64,000 nucleotides of DNA from Candidatus Poribacteria bacterium (GTDB lineage: Bacteria > Poribacteria > WGA-4E > PCPOR2b), in the NCBI GenBank assembly GCA_965215015.1, contig OZ244042.1, positions 2,144,001 to 2,208,000 on the forward strand, given 5' to 3'. The stretch's first letter is position 1. Each line of letters starts with the position of its first letter. Position numbers and translations under genes: made by a program. The notes under the pieces were generated by a model. That model was given only the letters and a program-made list of their open reading frames with translations. It did not search any database and was not told where the DNA came from. Positions 53,145-64,000 of the stretch are shown here, in pieces.

Positions 53145-56100
53145 ATGTCAAATCAGATCCAAGAACGAACAACACAGGCGGGAAATCTGAACAATTTTGA
53201 TGCGATTTCAATCCGAATCGCTTCGCCAGAATACATTAAGGAATGGGCAAAAAATACAGCATGTCACCAGCGGACTAGTGGATGCACGACCAGTAACTGT
53301 GCATGTGGCGAAGTCCGGAAACCTGAAACAATTAACTATCGCACATTTCGGCCCGAACGAGATGGCTTGTTCTGTGAGGCGATTTTTGGGCCACAAAAGG
53401 ACTGGGAATGTGGATGCGGTAAGTACAAACGAATTAAACACAAAGGGGTAATCTGTGATCGATGCGGTGTTGAAGTGACTCAGCAGAGGGTGCGCCGTGA
53501 ACGGATGGGGTATATCGAATTGGCAGCACCGGTATCGCATATCTGGTTTTTCAAAGGATTGCCTTCCCGGATTGGATTGTTTTTAGATCTCCCATTTCGT
53601 GATATTGAGCGGGTTATCTATTTTGAGTCGTTCATCGTATTAGAAGTCAGCGATCCAGACTGTGACCTTGGGGAAAAACAGCTCCTCACAGAGCGGGAGT
53701 ACACGCAATATCGAACTAAATTTCCCGATGGCTTCCGTGCCGACATGGGTGCCGATGCGATCCAAGAACTGTTGGAGCGAATTGATTTAGATCAGGAGAT
53801 CGCAACCCTGCGCGCCGAACTTGAGGGGACCAAGAGCGAGCAAAAAAAACGGAAGCTGCGCAAGCGGTTGGAATTGGTGAGGGGCTTCAAACAGTCAGGC
53901 AATCTGCCGCACTGGATGATTCTTACCGTGATTCCGGTAATTCCACCCGACCTACGTCCGCTCGTAGCTCTCGACGGAGGACGGTTTGCCACTAGCGATT
54001 TGAATGATCTGTACCGGCGGGTGATTAATCGGAATAACCGGCTAAAACGTCTCATGGAACTCCGGGCACCAGAAGTGATTATCCGCAATGAGAAACGAAT
54101 GCTCCAAGAAGCAGTTGATGCGCTACTCGACAATGGCCGTCATGGTCGCATGGTAAAAGGCCCGGGCAATCGTGGCCTGAAATCCCTTTCCGATATGCTC
54201 AAGGGGAAACCGGGACGTTTTCGTCAAAACTTGCTCGGCAAGCGCGTGGATTATTCGGGACGGACGGTCATTGTGGTTGGACCAGAACTCCAGTTGCACC
54301 AGTGTGGCTTGCCAAAGAAGATGGCCTTGGAGTTGTTTAAGCCGTTTATCATTCATAAGCTGCAAGCAAAAGGCTATGCCCACACTATCAAACGGGCGAA
54401 AAATATGGCAGAGCAGATCTCGCCAGAGGTGTGGGAGGTGTTGGAAGAGGTCATTGACGAGCATCCCGTGCTCCTGAACCGGGCGCCAACGCTACACCGA
54501 CTTGGGATTCAAGCGTTCCAACCCGTGCTTGTCGAAGGAAAAGCAATTCGAGTCAACCCACTCGTGTGTGAAGCATTCAATGCGGATTTTGATGGAGATC
54601 AGATGGCAGTGCATGTCCCATTAAGTGTTGAGGCACAGGTTGAAGCAAAACTACTGATGATGGCAACGCGAAATCTTCTCAAGCCGGCACATGGTGGAGC
54701 CATTGCGGTGCCGAACCGAGATGTTGCAATGGGGTGCGGCTTCCTCACAAAAGCTGTTCCAGAAAAGGAATGGGAGAGAGTATGCCAAGTGTCAACCCCG
54801 CGAATCTATCGAGATCCGGAAGAGATTATTCTCGCACACGATTGCGATGCCCTTGGACTACATGATCCGGTAAAACTCTACCTCGATGGGGCTACGCAGC
54901 CAATCGAAACAACCGTGGGACGAGTCATCTTTAACCAGGTTGTTCCTAATGAGTTGTTGTTCACAGATGTCAAGACGCAACAAACGCTGCCATTTGCCAA
55001 CCAAGAGATGGGTTCGCGCGATCTCTCAAATTTAGTGTCTCGTGCTTTTGAGGAGTTGGGAAATCGCCAAACTGTGGGGTTTATAGATGACTTGAAGCGG
55101 CTGGGTTTTCATTACGCAACCCTTGCCGGACTCTCTATTGCTATGCAGGATATGATCATCCCACACCAAAAGGGGGAGTTGATAAGGGAAGCACGGAAGC
55201 AGGTCGAACAGATCGAAGAGGACTTCCAAAGAGGCGACATGGACATGAGTGAGGGTGAACGCTACAACAAAGTGATTGATGTTTGGCATCAACTGATCGA
55301 ACAAATCGAAACCGCCTTGTTTGATGGGTTGGAACAGGGACGGGAGGATGAGGTTGAAGGATTTAATCCTGTTCATATCATGGTGGACTCAGGCGCGATT
55401 TCTCGAAGCAAGCGGGATTCAATTCGCCAACTGGCAGGCTTGCGCGGATTGATGGCAAAGCCTTCCGGAGAGATTATCGAACAACCAATTGAGTCTTGCT
55501 TCCACGAAGGGTTGTCGGTGCTTGAATACTTCATCTCGACCCACGGGGCGCGGAAGGGACTTGCCGACACCGCGATTAAGACTGCTAGTAGTGGTTACCT
55601 GACGCGGAAGTTGGTTGATGTTGCACAAGACGTAATGATAACAACCGTGGACTGCGAAACGCTTGGCGGTGTTACTAAAACGACGGATGAAGAAGAGGAG
55701 AGTCCGTTCTCAGAACGGATTTTCGGGCGCACAGCAGCCGACGACATCGTCGACTTGAGCACAAATGAGGTGCTAGTGCCAAAGGACGAGTTGATTACCC
55801 AACACGCAGCAAAGAAAATTGAGGCAGTTGGTATCCCTGAAGTCCGCGTCCGATCTGTTTTGACCTGCGAAGCCCCCAAAGGCGCGTGCGCCAAATGTTA
55901 CGGCACCGATTTGACAAGCGGCCATTTGGTCGATGTCGGGGAGGCAATCGGTATTATTGCAGCACAATCAATTGGGGAGCCGGGGACCCAGTTAACTATG
56001 CGAACGTTCCACACAGGTGGCACCGTCAGTGGTGGTGGGTCCCAATCAAGGATTGAAGCTCGGCATGATGGGAAGGTTCAATATCACAATGTCAGGTTTA

Positions 56101-57389
56101 TTGAACGTCCTGTTGAAGAGGGGCAGCAGTCCGATGTGGAGACAGAAAAGATTGTCCTTTCCCGAAATGCACAGATCCAGATTATTGATGTGCATGGATA
56201 TGCAGTCGAGCGGCACGCTGCTGATGTCGGCGCACGATTATACGTCGAAGATGGGCAAAAAGTGACTAAAGGAAATTCCCAAAATGGGAAACAGGCAACA
56301 TTGTTGCTTGAGTGGGATCCATATCAAGTGCCGATTCTGACAGAACATGCCGGACGCGTCGTGTTCAAGAATATTGTTGAAGGCAAAACGATGCGTGAGG
56401 ACAAAGCCACCGGTTCAGCAGAACGGGTTATTATCGAACACAGAGGCGAGGATCAGCCGCAAATTGAGATTCAGGATGAGGCCGGGGAAGTCCTGATTAG
56501 CTATCAGATGCCAACAGGAGCCCACCTTTCAGTTACAGATGAGGAGCAGGTGGAACAGGGAGCTGTCTTAGCGCGGTTGCCGCGTGAAAAAGGGCAGAGC
56601 CGAGATATTGTAACAGGGTTGCCACGAGTCACTGAGCTCTTTGAGGCACGGCGACCGAAAGACGCCGCTGTGATCTCCGAGATTGAGGGATATGTCGAAC
56701 TAGAGGGGGCTAGCCGTGGGGTGCGCACCCTACGGGTGGTGAATGGAGACCTCCAGAAGAGCCGTCGCATTCCACAGGGCAAGCACCTAATTGTGCAGAA
56801 TAATGATAGGGTCGCTGCCGGAGAGCGGTTGACAGATGGGCCAATCAATCCGCACGATATCCTGGAAGTAAAAGGGAAGGAAGCGGTACAGAACTACCTG
56901 GTCAATGAAGTCCAAGATGTTTACAGAACACAAGGCGAGCGCATCAACGATAAGCACATTGAGGTCATTGTGCGGCAGATGCTGAGTAAGGTAAGAATTG
57001 AGAGTCCAGGTGATACAGAGTTTCTCGAAGAAGAAGAAATAGAACGGGCAAGGTTCCATCGAGCGAACCAAGTTGTTGAACATAACGGCGGGCAGCCTGC
57101 AACGGCTGACTCAATCTTACAAGGAATCACGAAGGCATCCCTATCCACGGAAAGCTTCATCTCTGCTGCTTCGTTCCAGCAAACAACCAATGTGCTAACG
57201 ACAGCTTCGGTTGCCGGTAAACAGGATCGGCTCGTTGGTCTGAAGGAAAATGTTATTATGGGACATCTTATCCCCGCAGGAACCGGGTTATCTAAGTTCC
57301 GGAAGATTCGCACTTTCCCCACAACGGAAGCACAGCCTGAGTTTACTGATTCTTTATCATCCCCGGTTGATGAACCGGCAGCGGATTGA
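53145..57389 (+). CDS. rpoC: DNA-directed RNA polymerase beta' subunit
   Basis: KPETINYRT, Zn-finger CGCG...[38 protein letters not shown]. Confidence 0.98.
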   Translation: MSNQIQERTTQAGNLNNFDAISIRIASPEYIKEWAKNTACHQRTSGCTTSNCACGEVRKPETINYRTFRPERDGLFCEAIFGPQKDWECGCGKYKRIKHKGVICDRCGVEVTQQRVRRERMGYIELAAPVSHIWFFKGLPSRIGLFLDLPFRDIERVIYFESFIVLEVSDPDCDLGEKQLLTEREYTQYRTKFPDGFRADMGADAIQELLERIDLDQEIATLRAELEGTKSEQKKRKLRKRLELVRGFKQSGNLPHWMILTVIPVIPPDLRPLVALDGGRFATSDLNDLYRRVINRNNRLKRLMELRAPEVIIRNEKRMLQEAVDALLDNGRHGRMVKGPGNRGLKSLSDMLKGKPGRFRQNLLGKRVDYSGRTVIVVGPELQLHQCGLPKKMALELFKPFIIHKLQAKGYAHTIKRAKNMAEQISPEVWEVLEEVIDEHPVLLNRAPTLHRLGIQAFQPVLVEGKAIRVNPLVCEAFNADFDGDQMAVHVPLSVEAQVEAKLLMMATRNLLKPAHGGAIAVPNRDVAMGCGFLTKAVPEKEWERVCQVSTPRIYRDPEEIILAHDCDALGLHDPVKLYLDGATQPIETTVGRVIFNQVVPNELLFTDVKTQQTLPFANQEMGSRDLSNLVSRAFEELGNRQTVGFIDDLKRLGFHYATLAGLSIAMQDMIIPHQKGELIREARKQVEQIEEDFQRGDMDMSEGERYNKVIDVWHQLIEQIETALFDGLEQGREDEVEGFNPVHIMVDSGAISRSKRDSIRQLAGLRGLMAKPSGEIIEQPIESCFHEGLSVLEYFISTHGARKGLADTAIKTASSGYLTRKLVDVAQDVMITTVDCETLGGVTKTTDEEEESPFSERIFGRTAADDIVDLSTNEVLVPKDELITQHAAKKIEAVGIPEVRVRSVLTCEAPKGACAKCYGTDLTSGHLVDVGEAIGIIAAQSIGEPGTQLTMRTFHTGGTVSGGGSQSRIEARHDGKVQYHNVRFIERPVEEGQQSDVETEKIVLSRNAQIQIIDVHGYAVERHAADVGARLYVEDGQKVTKGNSQNGKQATLLLEWDPYQVPILTEHAGRVVFKNIVEGKTMREDKATGSAERVIIEHRGEDQPQIEIQDEAGEVLISYQMPTGAHLSVTDEEQVEQGAVLARLPREKGQSRDIVTGLPRVTELFEARRPKDAAVISEIEGYVELEGASRGVRTLRVVNGDLQKSRRIPQGKHLIVQNNDRVAAGERLTDGPINPHDILEVKGKEAVQNYLVNEVQDVYRTQGERINDKHIEVIVRQMLSKVRIESPGDTEFLEEEEIERARFHRANQVVEHNGGQPATADSILQGITKASLSTESFISAASFQQTTNVLTTASVAGKQDRLVGLKENVIMGHLIPAGTGLSKFRKIRTFPTTEAQPEFTDSLSSPVDEPAAD

Positions 57390-57409
57390 GCCTGAGTAGT
57401 CTAATATCT

Positions 57410-57739
57410 TAGTACTTACGCAGTTGACCTCTCGACGCCAACACCAGAAAAGGGCGCGCGATGTTCATCGTTGGCTGAGCCAAACTGGTGTGCTAGAGTC
57501 ATGGTATCCTCAGCGATTGATCGCCGGTGAAGATGCCTCTCAACGCCCGATAAATCAGGCAACTCCAGTTCGTCCGACAATAGTAGGGATACGCCGCTGT
57601 GCTGTACCCTGCTTGCGCTCCTCCCTCCGCTTGCGGGGGGCTTACCGGAGGAAGGGGAGTGACAGTATACGCCGTATGCCGACTCCCTTAAAGCCGCGGG
57701 TTGAACCGCACTGCTACAAACTCAAGTGCGTAACTCCTA
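57410..57739 (+). mobile_element. MITE, TAGGA(C/G)TTACGCA family, TSD (A)TATCT
   Basis: TAGTACTTACGCAG...TGCGTAACTCCTA between convergent rpoC and HAD genes; flanks ATATCT / TATCT. Confidence 0.85.
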
Positions 57740-57742
57740 TAT

Positions 57743-58582
57743 CTACTCGGCAGTTGACAGAAAATTGCCCAATGTTTTCCACGAGTTGACGAGCAGAATG
57801 GTTCCCCGATAAGACAGTGATGAATCAAATCGCGTTCCCTCTTGGAGCCGCAGGGTTGGGACACGAAATCGTTCAATCGTTTGTATCGCTGTGCGGTTCT
57901 GCCCAATCAGTACCCCTAAATCTGCGTCGAGGATAGCGAGAAAATCTGAGATCGAATCTCCAATATACAGTGTCCGTGTTACTCCCCCGTCCCCGATTTC
58001 ATCAGGATTCGGGGGATTTTTCTTTTGTTCCCTGAACTTTCTTAACTTATCCCGTGCCGAAACCACATTCAGGTGGATATCACCGGTCGAACGTCCTGCC
58101 GCATTATACATCAAACTGTTGGCGATTACCCGATTGCATAGCTCTTCCGTCGCACCTTGAATCAAAGCCTCCGACCAATTAGCGGATAAGATCTCAACCT
58201 CAACGCCATTCGCTCGCATAGCGGATAGCACCCAGCCAACCCCCGGTTTCTTGACGACATTCCGTCCAACTGCTCTTAACCCTTCCCTTGTAAGCCCTTC
58301 CAGAAAGCGTTTCGCCATCACCTTTTGTATAGATGCTGTTTCCAGTTCCTCAAAGGCTTTCAGGAAATCCACGATTGAATGACAACGGTTCAGCCACCCA
58401 TCGGCTATCTGACGATACCGCACCCAATACCATTCCACCATCTCTCGCCAAGCTGTGAGGAACTGTGCTTTTTCATGCTTACGGTTTTCAGCCGCTGTAT
58501 GCACAAGGATGCTGATGGTATCTCGTTCCGATATCGTTTCGTCAAAATCGGTGATGAGTTTATCTATTGGATATTTTGGCAT
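57743..58582 (-). CDS. HAD-superfamily phosphatase
   Basis: DFDETIS motif I, ILSANWS, YIGDSISD motif IV. Confidence 0.8.
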   Translation of the reverse strand: MPKYPIDKLITDFDETISERDTISILVHTAAENRKHEKAQFLTAWREMVEWYWVRYRQIADGWLNRCHSIVDFLKAFEELETASIQKVMAKRFLEGLTREGLRAVGRNVVKKPGVGWVLSAMRANGVEVEILSANWSEALIQGATEELCNRVIANSLMYNAAGRSTGDIHLNVVSARDKLRKFREQKKNPPNPDEIGDGGVTRTLYIGDSISDFLAILDADLGVLIGQNRTAIQTIERFRVPTLRLQEGTRFDSSLSYRGTILLVNSWKTLGNFLSTAE

Positions 58583-59026
58583 ACTTCAATCCCGCTTTGA
58601 GTTTTTCCTATACCTCTCAGAGAGGTGTCTGGAGCGGGTGAACCGATCTTGTCGTTTCTGAAAAGAGGGAGGGTTTGTTTGCGCCAGACACAGTATCCAA
58701 AAGCTTTACCATTAATTGTCTGTTTTCTCCCTTAGGGAAACTGGATTATCATATCGAAATCCGGTTGAGTCCCCAATCAAACAGTAAGCGCACGGTTTTG
58801 TCCTATAACCTTGGTCAGGGTGAGTGCTAAAATTGATTGAAATCGGACACCTCGCAATGAAAAGGCTGAACTGATGAGACTTCTCAAGCAAAAACACGGG
58901 CTTACTACCCCCACAAGCCCCGCCTAACCTGTATCTGAGTCAGGTGGGCCTAGCCCCGGTTCATAATGCAACATGGCAGGTGTAGTTAGGAGAGAGCACC
59001 CCCTTTAGCCTTGTATTTACAATGTA

Positions 59027-60049
59027 TTACTGCGGCTTAAATTGTACTACTAATTTCTCCGCCCATGTTTGGTTGGCGTCAATGGTCCGTCCGGCATTAT
59101 GTGGTGTATGGACGACATTATGCCGTCCCAGGAGGGGGTCGTCTAACGGAAGCGGCTCGACATCCCAGACATCAGCGGCAAGACTCAATTCGTCAGTAAG
59201 AACCCGCCTTCGCAACGCCTCCATATCACAAATCCCTGCACGCGTTGCCAAAACCACTAGACAACCTTTCGGCAGCGCGTTGATATGCTCTGCGGTGACA
59301 ATGCCCCGCGTTGATTCTAACAAAGGCACCATCGGTGCGAAGATTTCAGCGTCTTTAACGAGTTCAGAGAGGTACCATTCCTTCCGAGAACCCGCGCGGT
59401 GAAAACAGGGCTCACTGGCATACGGATCCCAAACCGCTACATCTGCACCCAGCATGTTCACAAAGCTGGCGTAGCGACTGCTAATGTTTCCGGCACCGAC
59501 AATACGCACCCGTTTTCCGGCAATCGTGCCACTGGTAAAGTTTGAATCATCACCAAATTGATGTCCACGCCCCCCGGGACGACCCATGCCGTTGGGTGCT
59601 TCGTAGTCCCAAGGTTCTAGGCTGCTAAGGATTGCACGATGTAGTTGTGGGATGCGCCGTAAGCCGCACAGCGTCAGTGCAAGACCGTACTCCGCCACAG
59701 TTTGTCCCCAAAAGCCCTCGGTCGGATGATTATAAACCGTGATTCCTACCTGCTGGATATGTTCCTGAATCGGTCCCTCTGATATACTACTACCGTAGCT
59801 CCCTTGGAAGGTCGCCTCCTCTAGCACGGTAAAACGCTGCAGACACTCCAACGTTACAGGTACACTAAGACATGCAAGTCGTTTAACTTCAGTGGGCTGT
59901 GAAGCAATCTCACCGAAGTGTCGCTGGTCACCGGGTTCAAGACGTATAAACTCAACTTTTCCCTGCGCCTGCCACAGTGTGTGAAAGTGATCGGCTGCAA
60001 AGGGCCAAACGCCATCAAATCTGGGATGGACCACAATTAAGCTGCTCAT
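59027..60049 (-). CDS. D-2-hydroxyacid dehydrogenase family protein
   Basis: IVGAGNI, ATRAG, AADVWDVEPLP, TPHNAG. Confidence 0.85.
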   Translation of the reverse strand: MSSLIVVHPRFDGVWPFAADHFHTLWQAQGKVEFIRLEPGDQRHFGEIASQPTEVKRLACLSVPVTLECLQRFTVLEEATFQGSYGSSISEGPIQEHIQQVGITVYNHPTEGFWGQTVAEYGLALTLCGLRRIPQLHRAILSSLEPWDYEAPNGMGRPGGRGHQFGDDSNFTSGTIAGKRVRIVGAGNISSRYASFVNMLGADVAVWDPYASEPCFHRAGSRKEWYLSELVKDAEIFAPMVPLLESTRGIVTAEHINALPKGCLVVLATRAGICDMEALRRRVLTDELSLAADVWDVEPLPLDDPLLGRHNVVHTPHNAGRTIDANQTWAEKLVVQFKPQ

Positions 60050-60198
60050 TGTTAATGCTCCTTTCTGATAATAATTTCAATCAATGCCTTCCGCATTATA
60101 ATTAGCCATGTATTCTCGTAAGGAGATTTAGTGACTTTGTCGTCACGAAAAGAAACAAATCTTTCGATCTGGATCTGGTATGAGCCACACGTTGGAAA

Positions 60199-61257
60199 TT
60201 AAACGCCTGTAAGTAGTTGAATGTATGCCCGAGCGACTTTCAAATCTTCCAACGCCTCCTCCGAAGTGCAAGGGGGATTCGCCTCTCCCTTGATAGCAGT
60301 CACGAAGTTGATTGCTTGTTGCCGCATGGCGTGTACCAAAGGGAGTTGTGGCCCGATGGTCTCTGGAGTAATGCCGTTACCGGGATCTCGTAGTATCTCA
60401 ACACGACCGGGACGGTTACTCGCTAGCGGTGCTGGTAATTCAATTTTTATATAACCCTGTTCAAAACATACGAGCGCAGATTCCTGCCAATCAATTGTTG
60501 TGCTGTAAGGAGACATTTCAATGGCACAGGCGATACCGCTCTCACTCTGCCCTGCCAATAGTACACCAGAAGGATCCGCATACGCGACCGTGTAGGGTTC
60601 TCCAAGCAGGTAGCGTATTAGATTAATCTGATGGATGTAATAGTTGACGAAGCCGTTATATTGGTTGCGAACTTCATCAGTCATATCAGCGGCAGGTGCG
60701 TCCCATTCCAATGCAGGAGGTGAGGAATCGTCTCGAATCAGGTCATTGAAACCACCTGCCACCCAGTCCCCGGAAGGCATTAGAATGCGAACGTACGTCA
60801 TTTTTCCAAGTTCACCCGATGCTTTGAGACGTTCGATTTCTGACCTGGCGTACATCGTTGCTAAGTCGCTGCGTTTGTGGTAGCCGACCATGTGCCACGT
60901 CCCACTCCTCCTCATGGCCTCCACAATTTTTTCACCCGCTTCGATGGAAGCGGCAAGCGGTTTCTCTGTAAAGACTGGAACCCCCGCCTTGAGAAGTTCA
61001 GGCACAAGTATCCCATATCGACCAAAAGGTTGGGCAGCCACAATACCATCCAGTGTTTCATTTTGCAGCATCTCTTCGTGCGTGGGATAGGTATTTGGGA
61101 TACCGTAGCGGGGAGCGACCTTTCGGCGCAGCGATTCACGTATCTCAGCGATCGCAACAACCTGACAAATATCCAGATTCGCATAATTCTTCAGGTGGGC
61201 GCATTGTCCCATGTTGCCAACACCGACGAATCCAATTTTAACTTTCTGCTCCGGCAT
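60199..61257 (-). CDS. Gfo/Idh/MocA family oxidoreductase
   Basis: IGFVGVGNMG, VFTEKPLA, VGYHKR. Confidence 0.9.
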   Translation of the reverse strand: MPEQKVKIGFVGVGNMGQCAHLKNYANLDICQVVAIAEIRESLRRKVAPRYGIPNTYPTHEEMLQNETLDGIVAAQPFGRYGILVPELLKAGVPVFTEKPLAASIEAGEKIVEAMRRSGTWHMVGYHKRSDLATMYARSEIERLKASGELGKMTYVRILMPSGDWVAGGFNDLIRDDSSPPALEWDAPAADMTDEVRNQYNGFVNYYIHQINLIRYLLGEPYTVAYADPSGVLLAGQSESGIACAIEMSPYSTTIDWQESALVCFEQGYIKIELPAPLASNRPGRVEILRDPGNGITPETIGPQLPLVHAMRQQAINFVTAIKGEANPPCTSEEALEDLKVARAYIQLLTGV

Positions 61258-61554
61258 ATTATGATTCCTTCCTGAAACATATCTTATCAAATTTCCCGGA
61301 CACGGTCAATCTCAAAATCGCAGCTGTCCGTAGGGGAATTGTATGGAAATAGTATGCAGGACTTTGGCATACACCGATGGAAATGTACTCATAGCCACGG
61401 GTTTCCCAACCTGTGATCCCCCTCGGATTAGAAAATCCCTATTTCATCGAGGACCGCCACTCCGCCACGACAGCGGTTAGCTCTAGTTTCTGATTGGTCA
61501 CTTGCTTAATTCCTATAACAGATGGAATTCTCCTACATCTGTCCACTGCTGATA

Positions 61555-61583
61555 TTGACAAAGTTTCTCAGTACCCTTATAAT
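61555..61583 (+). promoter_or_regulatory. Consensus sigma70 promoter
   Basis: Perfect TTGACA-17 bp-TATAAT upstream of 61667. Confidence 0.75.
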
Positions 61584-61666
61584 GAACACCTACCTAACGA
61601 AATAGACACATGGAATCATCTGAAAATCCTTAATTCACAATCGATAATAGCCGGAGGAGATCGATA

Positions 61667-62725
61667 ATGCCAGTTTTCACAGCGGAGGTATTGGCACAAA
61701 CAGGCCTGAAGGTGTTCCGTGCCATGGGTATCTCTGATGCAGAGTCTGAAGTCGTGACACGCTCAATGGTTGACGCCAATCTGGTCGGCCATGACTCACA
61801 CGGGATCATTCACTTACCAAAGTATGTTCGCGAAATCGAGGAAGCCCTGATTCAGCCGGGGGCGACGATTAAAGTTAAACGAGAATCTCCTTCGATGGCA
61901 GCACTAGATGGAAATTGGGGATTTGGGCCCGTAATTGCGACACATGGGATGAAATTAGCGATTGAAAAGGCAAAGGCGACCGACGTTAGTACGGTTACCA
62001 TCTCCCGTTCTAATGAAACCGGTAGGTTGGGAGGATACGTGCTGATCGCGGCGGCGGAGATGATGATCGGGATTTTGACAGTGAATGACCATGGCGGTGG
62101 TCAAAATGTCGCGCCTTATGGGGGAATCGAAGGACGGCTTTCGACCAATCCGCTGGCTTGTGCCATCCCGGTTGAGGGACGGGAGCCTATTTTGTTGGAT
62201 ATGTCCACCAGTGTCGTTGCAGCAGGAAAAGTGCGTGTGCAACGACATCGAAAGGAACCTGCTCCGGAGGGATGGCTTATTGATGCTTCGGGAAATCCGA
62301 CAACCAACGTCGAGGATTTTTATGGATCTCCCCCCGGTGCGCTGCTTCCTTTTGGAGGAATCGCCGCGCAAAAAGGATTTGGACTCGGTGTCGTCGTCGA
62401 TATTCTCTCTGGAGCGTTGAGTGGCGCAGGCTGCACTTGTAAAGAGGGTTCAAGGGTGGGCAATGGTGTGTTCATCACAGTCATCAACATCTCCAGTTTT
62501 GTAGACCTTTCGGAGTTCAACGCGGAGGTCAATCGCTTCATCGACTACATCAAGTCTGCGAAACGTTCTCCCGGTGTCGAGGCAATTCGTATCCCGGGCG
62601 AGCGCGGTAGGAGTGAACAAGAGAGACGGAGGCGGGAGGGAATCTTTATCGAAGAAAACACATGGGAGCAAATTCAAGCGGTTATGCGAAAATATCAACT
62701 TCCAATTCCTGATTCGTTGACATAG
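61667..62725 (+). CDS. Ldh_2 family (malate/L-sulfolactate/L-lactate type 2) oxidoreductase
   Basis: ANLVGHDSHG, LDGNWGFG, STNPLA, LDMSTS, LLPFGG, KGFGL, RIPGE. Confidence 0.9.
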   Translation: MPVFTAEVLAQTGLKVFRAMGISDAESEVVTRSMVDANLVGHDSHGIIHLPKYVREIEEALIQPGATIKVKRESPSMAALDGNWGFGPVIATHGMKLAIEKAKATDVSTVTISRSNETGRLGGYVLIAAAEMMIGILTVNDHGGGQNVAPYGGIEGRLSTNPLACAIPVEGREPILLDMSTSVVAAGKVRVQRHRKEPAPEGWLIDASGNPTTNVEDFYGSPPGALLPFGGIAAQKGFGLGVVVDILSGALSGAGCTCKEGSRVGNGVFITVINISSFVDLSEFNAEVNRFIDYIKSAKRSPGVEAIRIPGERGRSEQERRRREGIFIEENTWEQIQAVMRKYQLPIPDSLT

Positions 62726-62934
62726 CCGGTTTCGATTGCAAATCTATCGGATTTTGTTCGCGCTTCCGTCTCCAGTAAAGCCTCTAAGCGTCAATCCATA
62801 AACGCTTTAGGTAGGGAGAACTCTTGCTTTTTTTCACCAACTGTGCTACTTTAGGGTTTATTGATGCTATTGTCCTAATGCAAAGGTCAGTCGACAGACA
62901 TTTCATTCCTCCAGTCGAGATTTCTATACTGTAA

Positions 62935-62957
62935 TAGGAGTTACGCACTTGAGTTTG
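62935..62957 (-). repeat. Solo end of the TAGGA(C/G)TTACGCA MITE family
   Basis: TAGGAGTTACGCACTTGAGTTTG is the exact reverse complement of the 12591 and 57739 ends; another solo end at ~39503. Confidence 0.6.
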
Positions 62958-63003
62958 CTGGACGTATCCCGAACTTGGGGCGCAAAGTATACAGGGAGAT
63001 CTT

Positions 63004-64000
63004 ATGAAAACCGGACAAGCTGCTATAAAGCTCCTTCGTTACCGCCCAGGACTGTTTCTGCTCACGATACTGTTTCGGGGTGCAGATGACCTTGTTCCAT
63101 TTCTGACTGGGTTGGTCATGAAAGCGTTCTTCGATGCACTCACAGGTGAAGCTCAAGCGGGATTCACCCCATGGACGCTTGTCGCACTGTTTATCGCTGT
63201 CGAGATTGGGGACCGGATCGTCCTGTTTGGATCTGCTGTCGTTTGGCCCCGTTGGTGGTACGCAGTAGAATCGCTTCTTCGTAAAAACCTGATGGCTGCC
63301 CTGCTTGACGTGCGGACGCCACGCCGAATTTCAAGCACTTCTGGTGAAGTAACCAACCGTTTCCGCGATGATGTGGGAACAGTTGTTAGATACTTGGAGC
63401 GATACATTCATCTATGGGGCAACCTCATTTTTGCCGCGCTCGCTATTGTCTGGATGGCGCGGATAAACGTGATGATTACATTTGTTACGGTCATTCCGTC
63501 TATACTCGTTGTAATTATTATTGATGCAGCAAGGAAATATATCCATAAATATCGAACAGCACAGCGGGTCGCCACGGCACAGTCGACAAACTTCATCAAT
63601 GAAATGTTCCAAGCAGTATTGGCAATCAAGGTCGCAACGATGGAGTCAAATATCATCTCGCACTTTCGCCGGCTTAACGATGCACGGCGGAAGTCCACCC
63701 TGATAGATAACCTATTTGAACAACTGCTGCGATCGATTAATCAAAATCTTGGTAACGTGGCAACGGGAGTGATTCTCATACTGGTTGCGGAGAGGATGAA
63801 ATCGGGCGACTTTACCGTTGGAGATATTGCTCTTTTCATGACCTACGTGGGCGAAGTCGCTAGAAGTGGTTCATTACTGGGTACGGTGATGACACACCAT
63901 GCACGCGCACAAATTTCCTTTGGTCGAATGGAGCGAATCATTGATGAAACATCGCCAAGCGTACTCGCCCAACATAGTCCGGTCTACCTCCGGGGCGATC
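63004..64000 (+). CDS. ABC transporter permease/ATP-binding protein, N-terminal TM domain (runs off window)
   Basis: Manual translation MKTGQAAIKLLRYRPGLFLL...KAFFDALTG...SGEVTNRFRDDV...AVLAIKVA...DFTVGDIALFMTY. Confidence 0.8.
   Translation, partial: MKTGQAAIKLLRYRPGLFLLTILFRGADDLVPFLTGLVMKAFFDALTGEAQAGFTPWTLVALFIAVEIGDRIVLFGSAVVWPRWWYAVESLLRKNLMAALLDVRTPRRISSTSGEVTNRFRDDVGTVVRYLERYIHLWGNLIFAALAIVWMARINVMITFVTVIPSILVVIIIDAARKYIHKYRTAQRVATAQSTNFINEMFQAVLAIKVATMESNIISHFRRLNDARRKSTLIDNLFEQLLRSINQNLGNVATGVILILVAERMKSGDFTVGDIALFMTYVGEVARSGSLLGTVMTHHARAQISFGRMERIIDETSPSVLAQHSPVYLRGD

Noticed and set aside
58804-58830. CIRCE element
   Set aside because: Only one half-site (GAGTGCTAA); the partner 9 bp away does not match and no chaperone gene is adjacent
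58600-59015. TPP riboswitch upstream of the HAD phosphatase
   Set aside because: The core CTGAGA...ACCTGA...TAATGC..GCG.AGGGA arrangement was not found in order

Overview
A 64-kb bacterial chromosomal segment. Gene content suggests Candidatus Poribacteria or a similar sponge/marine heterotroph (inference: many enolase-superfamily, sulfatase, PhyH, BNR and GH-like genes, repeat-filled intergenic DNA). The left half is catabolic/accessory and includes a locus of Cys-rich double-glycine-leader peptides followed by duplicated membrane coiled-coil genes. The right half is housekeeping: mogA, purS-like, nrdR-nrdJ, EF-G2, smc, queG, rpoB-rpoC. The most striking feature is a heavily remodelled RNA polymerase beta subunit (1706 aa). 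Beyond its normal C-terminus it carries a tandem-repeat linker and a ~170-aa PD-(D/E)xK nuclease-like domain. A second copy of that domain lies 10.3 kb upstream fused to TPR repeats, and the two copies differ mostly by amino-acid-changing substitutions. The same RpoB has a recent 183-bp in-frame duplication, an extra ~80-aa insert and substitutions in the rifampicin pocket (D516Q and S522D, E. coli numbering). Intergenic DNA contains a mosaic MITE family with 6-bp target-site duplications, other MITE-like elements and a tnpB/omega-RNA remnant. No rRNA, tRNA or CRISPR array was seen. All family calls come from motif recognition by eye, not from database searches.
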